Below are positions 24,293 to 57,100 of a stretch of DNA of 64,000 nt, piece by piece; the first letter of the stretch is position 1, and the number at the start of each line of letters is the position of its first letter. The stretch covers positions 6,937,279-7,001,278 of the forward strand of contig CM119270.1 of NCBI GenBank assembly GCA_051294375.1, in the 5' to 3' direction. The notes beneath the pieces were generated by a model. That model was not told the origin of the DNA, did not search any database, and saw only the letters and a list, made by a program, of their open reading frames with translations. The position numbers and the translations under genes were made by a program. The DNA is from Paraspadella gotoi. Lineage: Eukaryota > Animalia > Chaetognatha.

Positions 24293-27200
24293 TATATTCA
24301 ACTAATGCCAAGGCGTTTCAGGTGTAGGTTTTTGTTTTGTTTAGACTAGAATTATTTCTCTTCTCTCTTTCTTCTCGTCTCACTCTCATTCTTCCTCTCT
24401 CCCTCTCTCGTCGCCAGAAGACATTAACCTTTCCTCTCTGATTCGCTTTCATCTCAGCCTCTGACTTCGAAAGCCGTCGAAACTTTTTTTTTCTTTCCTC
24501 CTTTCCTTCCCTTCTCTCTATTCTTTTTTCTTTCCTCCGAATTTCCTCCTCTTTTCTATCTTTCTTCTCTATCTGCTTCCTCTTTTTTTTTTCTTCTCTT
24601 TCTGCTTCCTCTTCTTCTCACCCATCATGCTTCTATCGTTTGTTTTTTGTTTGTCTTTACTTTTTTTATTTATTAACCAAAACACAAACGACGACGACGA
24701 CGACGACGACCATAATCGAGTCCCCGAGATGATCGTCAATATTTTATAGGAAAAAAAAGAACAATGATTGAGGAACAACGACGACGACGATGACGACGGA
24801 GGTTCTTCCACACCCCACAATGAGCTTTCATCTCCCCGTCTATCCCCGGGGGACCTTACTTTTCGGCCCCAAAAAAGGAAACTTTATGGGACTAAAGAAA
24901 AATGTTATGGGAGGGAAGTGGCAATTCAATCTGAGAATGTTGTAGGTTTCTGAATAAATAATGCGATAGTGTGATGATCTGACTCTTCATTGTTTTGCTA
25001 ACTGATTTTTTCAAGTGATATATTTTTAGTTTTAGTCTATATTTAACGATTGCGACGGAAAGCAGTCTACGAATCCAGAGCTAAATATTTACACTCGGAT
25101 ATATAACGTCCCTTTTCAGATTATCACCGGTGACTTGAATAATTTGTCCCCTTTCAATTTTTCAGTCAAGTCATAGACCAGGTATTAGTTTATTGTTTTT
25201 CATTCAACAACCCCGAAATTCTTGTTACCACCTCAACGGCCCTTTTTTAATATCTCTTCCACTCGCTCCCGTTCCATAATTGATCTCCTCCTTTCAAGCT
25301 CGAGACGATAGCGTCCGCCTTAACCCCTAGCCCCCGCCCCAGCCGTGCGTGTTCCTTTTCCCCATCGGAATTGGTTCATTGAACCTCCTCGGTTCTTGAG
25401 GTCTCGATTTCATCTGTGAGCAATTTTATGTTCTTTCCCGAGCAGAATTTTTATTTTTTTTTGGTTATTTTTTTTTTTTTTTTCTGAGGAAGCAATATTT
25501 TTTTCTTTATTTTCTTGGTTTTAGGGAGGAAATAATTTTCTCTTTCTTTTTTGAAAGTTTTAATCTTTTGTGTCATTTTCTTGTTTACTTTTTTGGGTAG
25601 TTTTTTTTGTTTTGTTTTTTTTGCTTCTTTATATTTTTTTTCGTTGTAAACGATAGAAAGCGCTCTCCATGTGCTCTTTCAGGTTCCTGGAATCTGATTT
25701 TTTCCATCTACAGTTTTACTTGTGTGTTTGTTTTGTCAAATAGCAGCCCTTCTTACATACACGAGTCCGGCTCTTTTGGGACTAACCTCAAAAAATCGTT
25801 TGGCGGGTAAATAAAAAAAAATTGAATGAAAATTGTACACTTATAAGAAAGTCATTCAACCAAACAATCTAATAAATGAATAGTTCACATTTCGGCACCA
25901 CTGACCTCCTCTCAGTGCAGCGCGGCCTATAATGCTTTAGGAGGCCGTCATATTGTCCTTTGTCCCTATTCTTTTATGTCGAGGTCGAAACTTCCTGAGG
26001 GGATGCGTTGGAACAATTCTGGCATATCTGTATCTTACATTTTCATCAATAAGGGGATTGCAAAGTCAGAAAAACTAGTGGAGCCGATAATTAATAGTCT
26101 ACGCAAAATGCGCAGATTTTTGTAAGGTATTTACAGTAGTTGTTGGAATTTCAACGTTAATTGATATCAGATCAAAAGAAAATTAAAGCCTATGTTTCCA
26201 AATATAGATCGCCATTATTCTTCTATCATACACCGTTATCGTCTGCAAAGCACTTGAAGTTAGTCCCATAGAGCTGCGTCTCCCTGTACTTAACAATTCT
26301 AAAAAAATATTTCACAACCCACTCGTTTCCCAGCCCCCCTAATGCGCCCGTCCCTCCAGGCCTGCGATCTCTTACTTTTCTTTTCTCTAAGAAAAGCGTG
26401 GCGCGCCCACCCCGTTTGTCTTTTGTTCTGTTTATGCAAATTAGGTTTTCCGGTTTTCTCCTCTCGATTGCTTTAAGTCGCCGTTTTTCGCGGCCTTGAG
26501 AAAGAGTATCGTCTCTCTCTCTTCGTCCTGCCTCATCTCTCTCTCTTCTCTCGTCTCCTCTTCTTCTACTTCGTCTCTCTTCTCCCGCTTCTTCTTCTGT
26601 CTGCTCNNNNNNNNNNNNNNNNNNNNNNNNNTATGATGGACCAAGAAGAAGTAGAAACACGTTTTTATCATGATATACATTAATATCAATAATGCTACAT
26701 ATATATATCAAATATCAAATCATATAGAATGTCTCCTTTTTTGAATGAATATTATCATGTTACCACTTGAATATTATTTTAAATCTCGCGAACTATTTGT
26801 CGTTGTTACTGTTTGTCTCCTTGTTAGTTTCCTTTAGCAAATGCTTGTTGATAAATCTTATATTTAGTTGCTCATTGAGATTCTGCCACATAGAATTCCT
26901 GATATTTTTTATTGTTCAATAAACTATTTTTTTTAATTGATTTGTGAGGCAAAGTTTGATTTTTCAACCTTCTATAGAGTTAATTATATAGAAATAAAAA
27001 ATTTCGAAGAAGATTTACTGTTTGTTTATCTATATTCTTTTTGATATTTAAAAGGCAAAGAAATCCGCCGTATAACTATCGTAAGACGGTAAATATAAAA
27101 ATCTGACTATTAAAGTTATATTTTAACTGCAGGTTACTATGATAACCCTTTGTTAACTGAAGATGTTCCAATGCAGTCTGCGAATATTTCAAGCAATTTA

Positions 27201-28298
27201 ATTTGATCTTGACCTCCTTAGATAAATAATTTTTGCGTTCTCATAGAGTGAAGAATATACTTTTTTTTGAAAAAAATGATATATCGATGGAAATGAGCGC
27301 TAAAAAATATCTTTTTAAATATGTCCTTTATGTATTTATTTAAATCAATGAAAGGTTTAGTTAATTTATTTTAGTTAAAATATAATAAAAAATGAATTTA
27401 ACTTCATCCAAATTTGCTCCATGAACTTAAGTCAACTGGTGAGGGCATTATTTCTTTTTCTGTAAATGGAAAAACCGCCGAAAAAACCGCAACAGGGGTA
27501 AGAAATGAGAAGTTACTCCCTGACTATTAAATACCATTCCAAGGTTCAAGTTTTCGTCTTTTTCACCAGTTCTTTAACCCAGGACCTTTAAAGATGGAAC
27601 AATTTTTTGGAAGCTTGAACGAAAGAAAATTACTTGAAGAAACGAGATATATGCTTCTGACTGCCCACGTTTATCAGTCAAGTCGACTTTAATATCATTT
27701 TTTAATAAGAAGAATATCGAGCAGAAAACCCTATGATAAGAGAGCTTCCGATAAAAATCGTTTTAAAAATAACGTAATAGAATTTTTTCAATTAACTAAT
27801 TTACCTAAGGTTAAAGTCAATCATGTAAATAAATAAAATTAGTTAACAAAGAATCAACTTTATCGTCGAAAATGACAATCCTTGTTTACAAAAATCGACC
27901 AGTGACGGACAAACCGAATAGCTAGGTTTATTTTGCGGGCCTCAGGCTTTTAAATACAACCAATTTAACAAAAATTAATAAGATCTCAAGGCTAGGGAGA
28001 TAAAGTTCCCTGGACGGTTGTTCCGTCATCAGTAACACAATGTTAGGCCCCCCTATCTGCGGCCCGTCCTCCAGGCCTGCGATCTCTTTACTTTTCTTTT
28101 CTCTAAGAAAAGCGTGGCGCGCCCTCACCCTGTTTGTCTTTTGTTCTGTTTATGCAAATTAGTTTTCGGTTTCTCTCTCGATTGCTTTAAGTCGCCGTTT
28201 TTCGCGGGCCTTGAGAAGAGCTCTCTCTCTCGTCTCTCTCTCTCTCTCGCCTCTCTTCTCCTCTTCTTCTACTTCGCTCTCTCTTCTCTCGTCTCTCG

Positions 28299-28330
<32 letters not shown>

Positions 28331-28942
28331 GCGGGATTAAGAGAGACATGAGACTTTTGTCAGATTATGGTAAGAAAGGAACGACAAAGTTCCAACCTCA
28401 ACAGCCAAACTGAAACGTCAACAAAATCCTCACAAACTGGCGAAAGAAAAATGGCGATGATGACGACGGCATCGGCAGCGACGACGACGACGTCGACTTT
28501 TGCCAGTCACTGACGCGCGAAACTAAAATGGATGACGTTGCGCCTTTGGCGGGGAGTGTCGCACTCGGTACGCTTTCACGCCCTGGTAACTTTGTCGCTT
28601 CGGCTCGTCGACACTCTGTCGGCCTCTGTTAAATGTTACAATTGATTCAGATGAGGAAAAGAGGTTTCCTTAATTCTCAGAATTGAAACCTTGAACTTTT
28701 ACTGAAATACTTGTTTCTTTCACTTTTTTCAATTTTTTTGACGTTGTTTTGACCGAGTTTATTCGTAAAATGAAATTTCTACGTTCCCGTTAGACATTAG
28801 TAGCAAACTGGTTGTGTAGCAAACGCGGCCAGCGCTAGGGCGAACGTGGAAAATTCGTTACGATAGAAGAAAGAAAAACAAAAGGTTGATTCGAATTTTT
28901 TGAACCTTCTGGTTTTTGCATCAATGGCGTCGTAAAGGCTTG

Positions 28943-28976
<34 letters not shown>

Positions 28977-29869
28977 ATCCTCTCTCACTCGTCTCTCTAT
29001 TGTCTCTTTTATGCTTATATTGTACGATACGCACCGGCGAGATTAGCGTAAGCGCTATGTGTCTTGTGCGTAGGAAAGAGCGGAGGTTAGCGAAGTCTGA
29101 ACTCTCGCACGAGTTTTCAATAGATCATTGTCCAGATTATATCAGGATAGTAGTCAGTACGAGTGTCTCTGAGAGCACGGCCACGGTCTGGATGAGAGAG
29201 GATGCGGAGCGATACATGTCTAACACTGACAGGAGTGTTGATATGACATCTTGTAGGAGACTGCGAATATAGGAGTATCCTTTGCAAGAGATGAGAAAGA
29301 AAGAGTTGGGATCGTGGGAGATTTTGGAGGAAAAGACTTGATTTTAGGACGGAAACTCTTTTCGTTGAGTAAAGATAAAAAAAGAGAACGTGGATACTTG
29401 TGGAAAGACTAGGGGACGCGTCGAACAAAAAAAAAAAAAACAGGAAGAGAGAAAATAGTAAGAAGTTGAAATTTAATAGAGAGATAATAAAAAAACAAAG
29501 CTTTTTAGGAAAAGACTCCATGGAGAAAAATGGAATAAATTTGAATGATAAAATTAAACAGATTTTCTGAGAATTACGATCCTGATTCTTGTTAAATTTT
29601 TCAAATATTCAATTACTCGATTTTATCAGTCATATGAACTCCGGAGAAAACCTAGACGAGAAACAAAACTAAAAAAAAAAACAAAAAACAAAAGAACAAT
29701 TGAATGATGCTGGCGACATCTTTGTTTGTCAGATTTTTGAGGATAGAAACAAAATCAAATATGAAAGGCAACAAGATTTCACAATCGTCGTCATCGTCTT
29801 CATCTTTGCGATCATCAATGTTTCATTAATCAAGATAACAATAAAACCATCTTTATTATCATCGTTCAT

Positions 29870-29956
<87 letters not shown>

Positions 29957-30229
29957 AGAGAGACAGAGAAAGAGAGAGACAGAGACAGAGACCGAGAGAC
30001 AGAGAAAGAAAGAAAAAGGGAGAGACAAACAATAGATAATTATTCCGATTTTTTTTATTTTCCCTTTTCTCCCGTTTTCTTTTCTTTTTCTCTCTCTTTC
30101 TTTTTTTTCTTTTTTTCCTACGAGAACCTCGGAGTCTCCTCAGTAGAGACGACGAGGCGGGGCGTCAATGGTCTTTCGTTTCCGAGAAGTATTGCCACAC
30201 GCACTCTCTCTCTCTCTCTTCTCTCATAC

Positions 30230-30497
30230 TTGCAGTCTGGCTTCAAAAAAGAAGGTCTGAACCGGAAAATATTTATTCGCCTTGTCGAGGATGCTTCGGA
30301 TGCGGGTTTCAAGGCTAGGGAGAATATTCTCGTAACTCTTTGACTACGCTAAAGCATTTGACAACATTATGGCTTTCAGGTTCTAAATATAAACTCATTA
30401 AAAATCAGCTACCCATTAGGCATGCTAAAAATTATTTGACTCCTTTTTGTCAAACCGAAATTTTGTGTCATATCAAGAGGTGAAAGATCTTCTCTCT
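30230..30497 (+). mobile_element. Non-LTR retrotransposon reverse transcriptase fragment (Jockey/I-group-like)
   Basis: Frame-repaired translation: QSGF..RS..RLVEDA..GFKARENILV..FDYAKAFD....YKLIKNQLP..MLKI.DSFLSNRNF, matching the LINE RT Q-GFR, D-KAFD and SFL-NR motifs. Confidence 0.85.
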
Positions 30498-30928
30498 CGT
30501 TTNNNNNNNNNNNNNNNNNNNNNNNNNTGTCGCACTCGGATACGCGCTTTCACGCCCTGGTAACTTTGTTCGCTTCGGTCACTCGTCGACTCTCTGTCGG
30601 GCCTCTGTTAAATGTTACAATTTGATTCAGATGAGGAAAAGATGGTTTCCTTAATTCTCAGAATTGAACCTTGAGACTTTTACTGAAATACTTGTTTCTT
30701 TCACTTTTTTCAATTTTTTTGACGTTGTTTTAGCCGAGTTTATCGTAAAATGAAATTTCTACGTTCCCGTTTAGACATTAGTAGCAAAACTGGTTGTTGT
30801 GTAGCAAAACTGCGGCCAGCGTAGGGCGAACGTGGAAAATTCGTTACGATAGAAGAAAGGAAAAACAAAAGGTTATTCGAATTTTTGAACCCTTCTGGTT
30901 TTTGCATCAATGGCGTCGTAAAGGCTTG

Positions 30929-30968
<40 letters not shown>

Positions 30969-31711
30969 TCTCTCTCTCTCCTCTCTTCTCTTCTTCTCTC
31001 TTCTCTCTCTCTCTCTCTCTTCTCTCTCTTTTTTCCGACGCGGTTTTATTCCGTTTCAGTCGGTTCGGACCGTCTGCGGCCTGGACGAATAAAGAAAAGC
31101 GTTTTACTGCAATATGCAAATGAGAAAGAAAGAGTTTGGGATCGTGGGAGATTTTTGGAGGAAAAGACTTAATTTTAGGACGGAAACTCTTTTTCGTTGA
31201 GTAAAGATAAAAAAAGAGAACGTGGATACTTGTGGAAGACGTAGGGGACGCGTCGAACAAAAAAAAAAAAAACAGGAAGAGAGAAAATAGTAAGAAGTTG
31301 AAATTTAATAGAGAGATAATAAAAAAACAAAGCTTTTTAGGGAAAAGACTCCATGGAGAAAAATGGAATAAATTTGAATGATAAAATTAAACAGATTTTC
31401 TGAGATTTACGATCCTGATTCTTGTTAAATTTTTCAAATATTCAATTACTCGATTTTATCACGTCATAATGAACTCCGGAGAAAACCTAGACGAGAAACA
31501 AAAACTAAAAAAAAAAACAAAAAAACAAAGAACAATTGAATGATGCTGGGCGACATCTTGTTTTTGTCAGATTTTTGAGGATAGAAACAAAATCAAATAT
31601 GAAAGGCAACAAGATTTCACAATCGTCGTCATCGTCTTCATCTTTGGCGATCATCAATGTTTCATTAATTCAAGATAACAATAAAACCATCTTTATTATC
31701 ATGCGTTCATT

Positions 31712-31779
<68 letters not shown>

Positions 31780-32027
31780 GAGAGTAAGAGAGACAGAGAA
31801 GAGAGAGACAGAGACAGAGACCGAGAGACAGGAGAAGAAAGAAAAAGGGAGAAGACAACAATAGATAATTATTCCGATTTTTTTTATTTTCCCTTTTCTC
31901 CCGTTTTCTTTTCTTTTTCTCTCTCTTTCTTTTTTCTTTTTTTCCTACATCGAGAACCTCGGAGTCTCCTCAGTAGAGACGACGAGGCGGGGGCGTCAAT
32001 GGTCTTCGTTCCGAGAGTATTGCACAC

Positions 32028-32103
<76 letters not shown>

Positions 32104-32764
32104 ACGAAGGTGTCGAAAGCCGATGGCGATACGACGAATCATCAACGCATTAGTTGAGAGGAGAGAGATAGGAGGAGAGAGAGAGAGAGAGAGAGAGAGT
32201 GCCTGTTGTAACCTAAAAATGTCATTATGCAGTAAATTTTCTTACATTTTATTACATTAAATCGATAACCCTAAATAAAAAAACAATAAAATATTTGTAG
32301 GCCTTTAAGCATACTTGGTACTCGCGTCCTCGTTCTCGTTTTCGTCGTCGTTTTCGTCGTCGTTTTCGTCGTCGTTTTCGTCGCTGACGAAGTGGAAATT
32401 CTTTGCCGTCGTCTTCATCGTCGCATTCGTCGTTGTCGTCAAAGTCGTTGTCCTAGAATTCGTCTCTTTGTCGTCTTAGATTTGGTCGTCTTGTTACGAA
32501 TTCGAAAACGGTAATATCCCGAGGAAAGATATGGCTTTGGCTGGCGGGGCGTGGCATGGACTGGCAAAAGAAGAGGCATTTGTTGGCATTCGATGGCAGA
32601 TGCCGCGAGCAGACGGCAAAAAGGGTGGAAGGACGGTCTAAAGTGTCAGCTGGAGTACAGATTCGGTGGAAGTTGGAGAATCAAAGATGGAGAGGCTTTG
32701 CGAGGTGGGTTGGTAGGACATCAAGGGAAGAGCTGATCTGGGGAGGACGGCTGGAGGAAGCAGA

Positions 32765-32880
32765 GCGAAAAGAATATGGAGGGGACGGCTGGGGAAAGAA
32801 GATGGAGACGGCTGGGGAAAGAATATGGAAACGGCTGGGGAAAGAGGATGAAAAATGCGGCTGGGGAAAGAGTATGGAGA
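32765..32880. repeat. ~24-bp G-rich minisatellite (acggctggggaaagaagatgga)
   Basis: Four to five degenerate tandem copies. Confidence 0.65.
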
Positions 32881-32976
32881 AGCGTCGAGCAAAAAAAAAT
32901 TGTAAAAGCCTGAGATTTATATTTGGAGGACGATGGTCGCCTTAATCCGCAGCTTTTAGAGGATTAGATAAAAAGT

Positions 32977-33072
<96 letters not shown>

Positions 33073-33773
33073 TTCTCTTTCTTCTTTATGGGCGAAATGT
33101 GTGTCGGAATTAGAGGCAACAAGAGAACAACTCGATGGGGTCTCCTGGTGGGGGTTTATGTCGCCATTGTCGTCGTCGTCATCGTCATCGTCATCGCTAT
33201 GCTTGTCGTCTTCCCCGTCGTCGTCGTCATCGTCGTCTTCGTCGTCTTCGTCGTCGTCTTCGTCGTCGTCTTTGTCGTCGTCATCGTCATCGTCGTCGTC
33301 GTCGTCCTGTATAACAAAGGGAAGCGGGTTTTTTTTTTCTTTCCCAATCCTCATGTTTTTTAACAATTTTTCGCTCCATCATTAATCTTTTTTTTTTCTT
33401 TCATTTTGTTCATTTTTATTTCTTTTTATTCATTCCGTTCATTTTCACTCCCGTTCAAATTCCTTTCAGCGCAGATGTGAGGTTTTAATTTCGCTTATTT
33501 CCGTCCTTGACTTTTTTTCTCCCGCTTCCCAATCTGTTCGAGATATTTTTAAGCGGTGGGTCGGAAAAACTTTGACGTTAGACAAAGAACTCTTTATAAT
33601 TCCGTCAGTCGTGAAAACACGAAAAACTATAGTTTGGCAATCGACGTAACTATTATCCATTTAACATAAAAACAAACCCGATGAAATTTAGGTCTTTAAG
33701 AATGACGAGCTGATAAGATCCCAAATTGACTAAATCTTATAATTAATTCTTTATTTTTTTTTTTAATCCGCAG

Positions 33774-52456
<18,683 letters not shown>

Positions 52457-54176
52457 AAGGAGGCTGGAGGGATATTGAGAGGGGCAGTGAAGGGCTAGAG
52501 GTGGGTTATGTGCGACGCGAATGCGAAAAGGCCACGTGAGCGATGCTGAGAACGGCTAAAAAAATATTTCGAAACCGTTTGGGGAAAATGTCGATGAATT
52601 TACTGTAGGTCAGCTTTTGTAAGTTTTGGTTAATGTTTCTGGGGATGGATGAAGTTTTGGACGAGGCTAAAAAACCGTAGGCTTAGCTGTGAGAAGTTTT
52701 GTATGGTTTTGAAGCAGTTTTAGAGAAGATTAAAAGTTGTTGTAACTAGGAAGGCGTCTTTAATAATCTTAGGTCATAGTCTTACGAAATTTTTAAATCG
52801 ATGAATGAAGAGTAAGAGTGAGTGGCAAAATCAAAAGATAATTTGGCATTTAAGAAAAATTTAATTTCTTAACATCACGATATTCAGCGTCCCATGGTCA
52901 AAGTGTTTTAAGAGATTTTACCCTAGAGTCTGCCATGATTGAATAATTAACAATTTCGTTAAGAAAATTTTGTTGTAAAATTCGAATTTTAAGTCATGAG
53001 ATCTAACTTACATTGAATTTGGACAGTAAGTTTGTTAAAATGGATAAAGATTTTTTTAAATTTGAAAGTGTTTTCATTGACAACATCTGTTATTAGTATG
53101 AAAATAGAATATGTTTGAGATAAAATGATTTGACCTACTATTGTTAAGATTTTTATCCAAATTTCATAATTTATCTTAACCGTCGCTTTCTAGTAATATT
53201 ATCTGAAGATTTAGACTAGAAATTGACAACTTACTCTGCTTCAAATAGCAAAGATTAATATAATAATTACGCAATAAAATTCAAATATACAACAATTTAA
53301 CAACGAATGACAAGGACGCTAGCGGCGAATTCCGTTTGATTTTACCTACAATTTTATTATTCCTCAAATAATAAAATTAACTGTCTCTCTAATTCTGTAA
53401 ATATCAAAAGAACTTTTTTTTCCGAAATACGAGCAAAATCAACCATTTCTGCCCCTATTTTGTTATTCCTTTTGCTCCTTTATAATCTATCTTTGTATAG
53501 AATATAAATACTTTAAAACATATTGCATTGAGTAAAAAATTAGTGTTTTGTGTCCAATTTTTTCTGTATTGACTACATGTGAAATTAAAACAATTTCAGA
53601 TCCGCTTTGTGTTCAATTTGATTTCGATTCGTAGATTATAGAGTAAATCTGTGAATCTTTGTTCATTGAGCTACAGATAAGGAATAGTTTTGGTAAATGA
53701 CTTGTCAGGAATTTGAAGAAAAAATAAGAAGACGTTTCAAGAAAATATTTACAACATGTAATGATCATATTCATTTTCAGAGAGAGAAAAACGACGATAA
53801 CAAAAAGAGAAAGGACAATAGTAAAAAATAACAATACGAGTCAAAACGAATCAAGTGGTCGGTTAACTATTTGACCTTAAGTCGTAGGTCACGATATAGG
53901 TAAGTTCAAGGGTCGTTAAGGTTGTTGTTGTTGGCGTTGTTGTCGTTGTCATCAAATAGTACTCATTTTAATGCATATTTAAAAACAAAATACTGTAGGA
54001 GAGAGATGATAAAAGTATTGGCGATATTTTTTGGCAAATTCCGTAGTGATATTGAAAAAAGAACTTCATTTAAACAAAATTAAACCAGTTTAAGAAAGTA
54101 TTGCAATTTACAGGCATAACACCAGTAATTTACAACGACTGATCCAAAAAAGGGTCTCCCAGTTTTATCAAACGAG

Positions 54177-57100
54177 TCAATCATATGTTCGTGGACAGAT
54201 TTCGCAAATCGTCATGAAGAACCCTTGGACGTCTTCATCCTCGAACTCGCCTTTTCCGTTGACGACGGCCATCTTGTCCACCCGCTCCGTCATGACTCGC
54301 CCGTCAGTCGTGCGCCCGTCCGGCTGAAAGCGTTGCCACGGCACGGCCGCCGGCCCCGGCGCGTTGGCCCAATTCCATCGGGCGCTTCCTTTGGACCAGT
54401 GAGCGTCCGTCCAAAATTTGGCGTCGTCGTCGTAGCCTACGTGGGAAAGGAAGTCGGCGGCTTCTTTGACGAGGTCCTGTGATGAGGTAAGGAGACCAGG
54501 TTGCTGCTAGTCATCAAAAGTCATCAAAAGTCATCAAATTCTAATCTAGTTAAAAAGAATGTATTTTCACAAATCTGTTTTAAATGTTTTAAAAGCGAAC
54601 TCATTACCTGGATTGCTATCAGCTTTTTTTTAGAGTTAACCACTGCGAGATGTCCAACTGTCCGCACTGGATCTTTACCCAACGACAACGGTAATTTGTC
54701 GCAAAACCCGTGGGCTCCATAATCAGTAACGACTAATTTTGAAGGAAAAAAATAATTTAATATTGAACCTAAAAAGTTATTATTTTTAACATTACTTCAT
54801 AAAGACCGCGAGGATGAGACACAACATCAAACATTTATATGTAGTAAACGTTTCAAACTAGAAAATACAAAATAAATCCAGACCCGCAACATTACCTGAA
54901 GTGCTCCCCAGCAGTTTCATGGCGCCGCGATTATATTCTTTTTTTTCCTCAGACGAGAAAAGCCGCCGACGTCCTAGTCAAGAAAAATGAAAAAAAGTCC
55001 ATAAAAGAAAAATAAATAAAAAAATTACTTTTTAAAAAAATATTTTAGATTCTCTAAAATAGAAAAAAAAAATAGCAAAAATAAAAATATCGAAAATACC
55101 ATCAAACGGTCATCAACCTCCTCCATCAACCCCATCAACTCCATCGACCCAATTTGTATTTCTCCCGTATTTGCTTACTGTGCTAACCACTGTTATCGTG
55201 TATATTTGTATGCATCTGTATCATTAACTCGATATGAATATTGAATACGAACCACCTCATCATCTCACCGAAATCGATTCTAAACTCTGAGCCTTCAACC
55301 TCGACGCTGAATTCTCTCGTCGGCTTCGGCTTTTCGCAAACGAAAGGAAATTCCGTGTCTCTTTCATCGTCGGCGAGAAGACCCGACCCGACGTCCAAGA
55401 CTGCGGCGCCGAAGACGATGGTCGTGAAGTTGGATGCGTAGGATAAGTTCGTCGCTTCCTCGGCCAACATGGCGGCGAGCTTTGCCTCGGCAGCAAGACT
55501 CTTGGCCTTCCTTAACGCGTCCGCGGCTTTGACGAGAGCCGCGTCCAATTCGATCTGCGTATTCTCCGCCATGGATGCGAGTCTGTCGTACTCGCTCTCC
55601 TGAGGCTCGCCGCCGTAATTGGACCCGTAATCCCCGAAGGAAGAGGAGAAAAACCTAGATCGAGAATTGTCCAACGTCGGTTTCATTCGAGAAAGTTGTT
55701 GCTGAAATTGGCTTTTCAACTGCTCTTTCTCTTTAGCCCGATCTTCAGCCCAAATTGCTTCGATTCGGGCCACCTCGGCTCTTTCATTTGCCCTCTGCAC
55801 CGTTTGGGCACTGACCGCGACAATTGCTGCGGGGTTAATGGAGCTGAACCCATCCGGTTCTCCCGGGGCCCAGGGGCTGAAGGTGTTTCTAGCTCCGAAA
55901 TTGATCCAGCGATGCTCAGACCGCCACGTTCCCGTCCAAATCTTACTCGCATTGGAACCAGCTTTAGAGAGAGTCGCCTTCAAAACACTCAAGGATGGCT
56001 CCAGCCCAGTGTTGGCTAATTGGCCTCCGAGTTTCGCGCAAACGTCTAAAGCCGCCAACCAACTCAGAGGCGATGCTACGAACTCGCGCGTCAATTTGTC
56101 TTGAATGGATGTTTCTTCATAGTCGATGTGTAGCGCCCAATCTGATCTGGCGCAGTTGTCCGGAGGTGGCCTAACGCGACATTCCGTTCCATTGGGCCAC
56201 TGATAGCAGCCGCCGAAGCAGCCAGAGTCCTGCGAACACTCGGTCAGCTTCTGGATCCCAAATAGCGGTAAGTTATCATTCGGTCGATTGAAAGCCGTGG
56301 CCTCTTCACGAAGTTTAGACACAAACTTTCCGGCCGAACAAAATGGCGTCCATGGATCGCGCAGTTGGTCCCGTTGAAGAGCGAAACCGACGCGACATCC
56401 AGAATCAAGTACGAGCTTCTTTGAATCGTTTGATAGTTTCTCCAGCTTGACCATTTTCTAGCGACAAAATTCGATTTTTTATAAATATTTAGAAAGTTTA
56501 GATAAAAGTATAAGAACCAATGACAAGTAATCTTAAATTATAAAATGGGATTTTGCCCTTACATTTGACGATGAAGAGGAATATATTTTGCAGAAAAAGG
56601 GAAGCTCCAATGAAGCATTAGTCTTCTGAAAATCGCCATCATTACGGAAGGTCATGGCTTGATTGACGCCATCAATGACATTAAACATGACATATTCATC
56701 AAGTTTAGTGAATTCAGTGTCTGCAAATTAAAAATATGAATGTGAATCACGTAATTAATTCGATTTGTAGTTGATTTATGGTTTAAAGTCATGAAAATGA
56801 CCAAAAAATAGAAAGTTACACTTAATTCTAATTATAAAAACATACCCATATAAAGTTTGGTGATTATGGTAGAAAATTAAGTAACTGATCGCATTATTTA
56901 ATTTTAAATGACTAAGATATCGATTCTTTTTTTATTATTTATGACATAAATTATGTTACAAATACATATATTTTTAGAGAGAATATCTGGACAAATATTT
57001 GTTATTCAGCTACAACAAAGAAGGCTATAATAAAAAAATGTTTTTAAGTTTAGATGAAGGTTTAAAATAACATTTAAAAAAAAAAATACAATACCATCAT

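Noticed and set aside
26325-28290. Repeat of ~270 bp (26325-26600 and 28045-28290); similarly 39775-40083 versus 40436-40795
   Set aside because: Both pairs abut N gaps and are most simply explained as redundant contig ends.
29015-29285. Unique-looking insert present in only one duplicate copy
   Set aside because: It has no termini, TSD or coding signal and replaces rather than interrupts the other copy's sequence; consistent with a low-quality read segment.
28557-32040. Direct duplication of ~1.6 kb (28557-30225 versus 30528-32040)
   Set aside because: It straddles a 25-N gap (30503-30527) and the differences are indel-type; likely an assembly artefact or uncollapsed haplotype.
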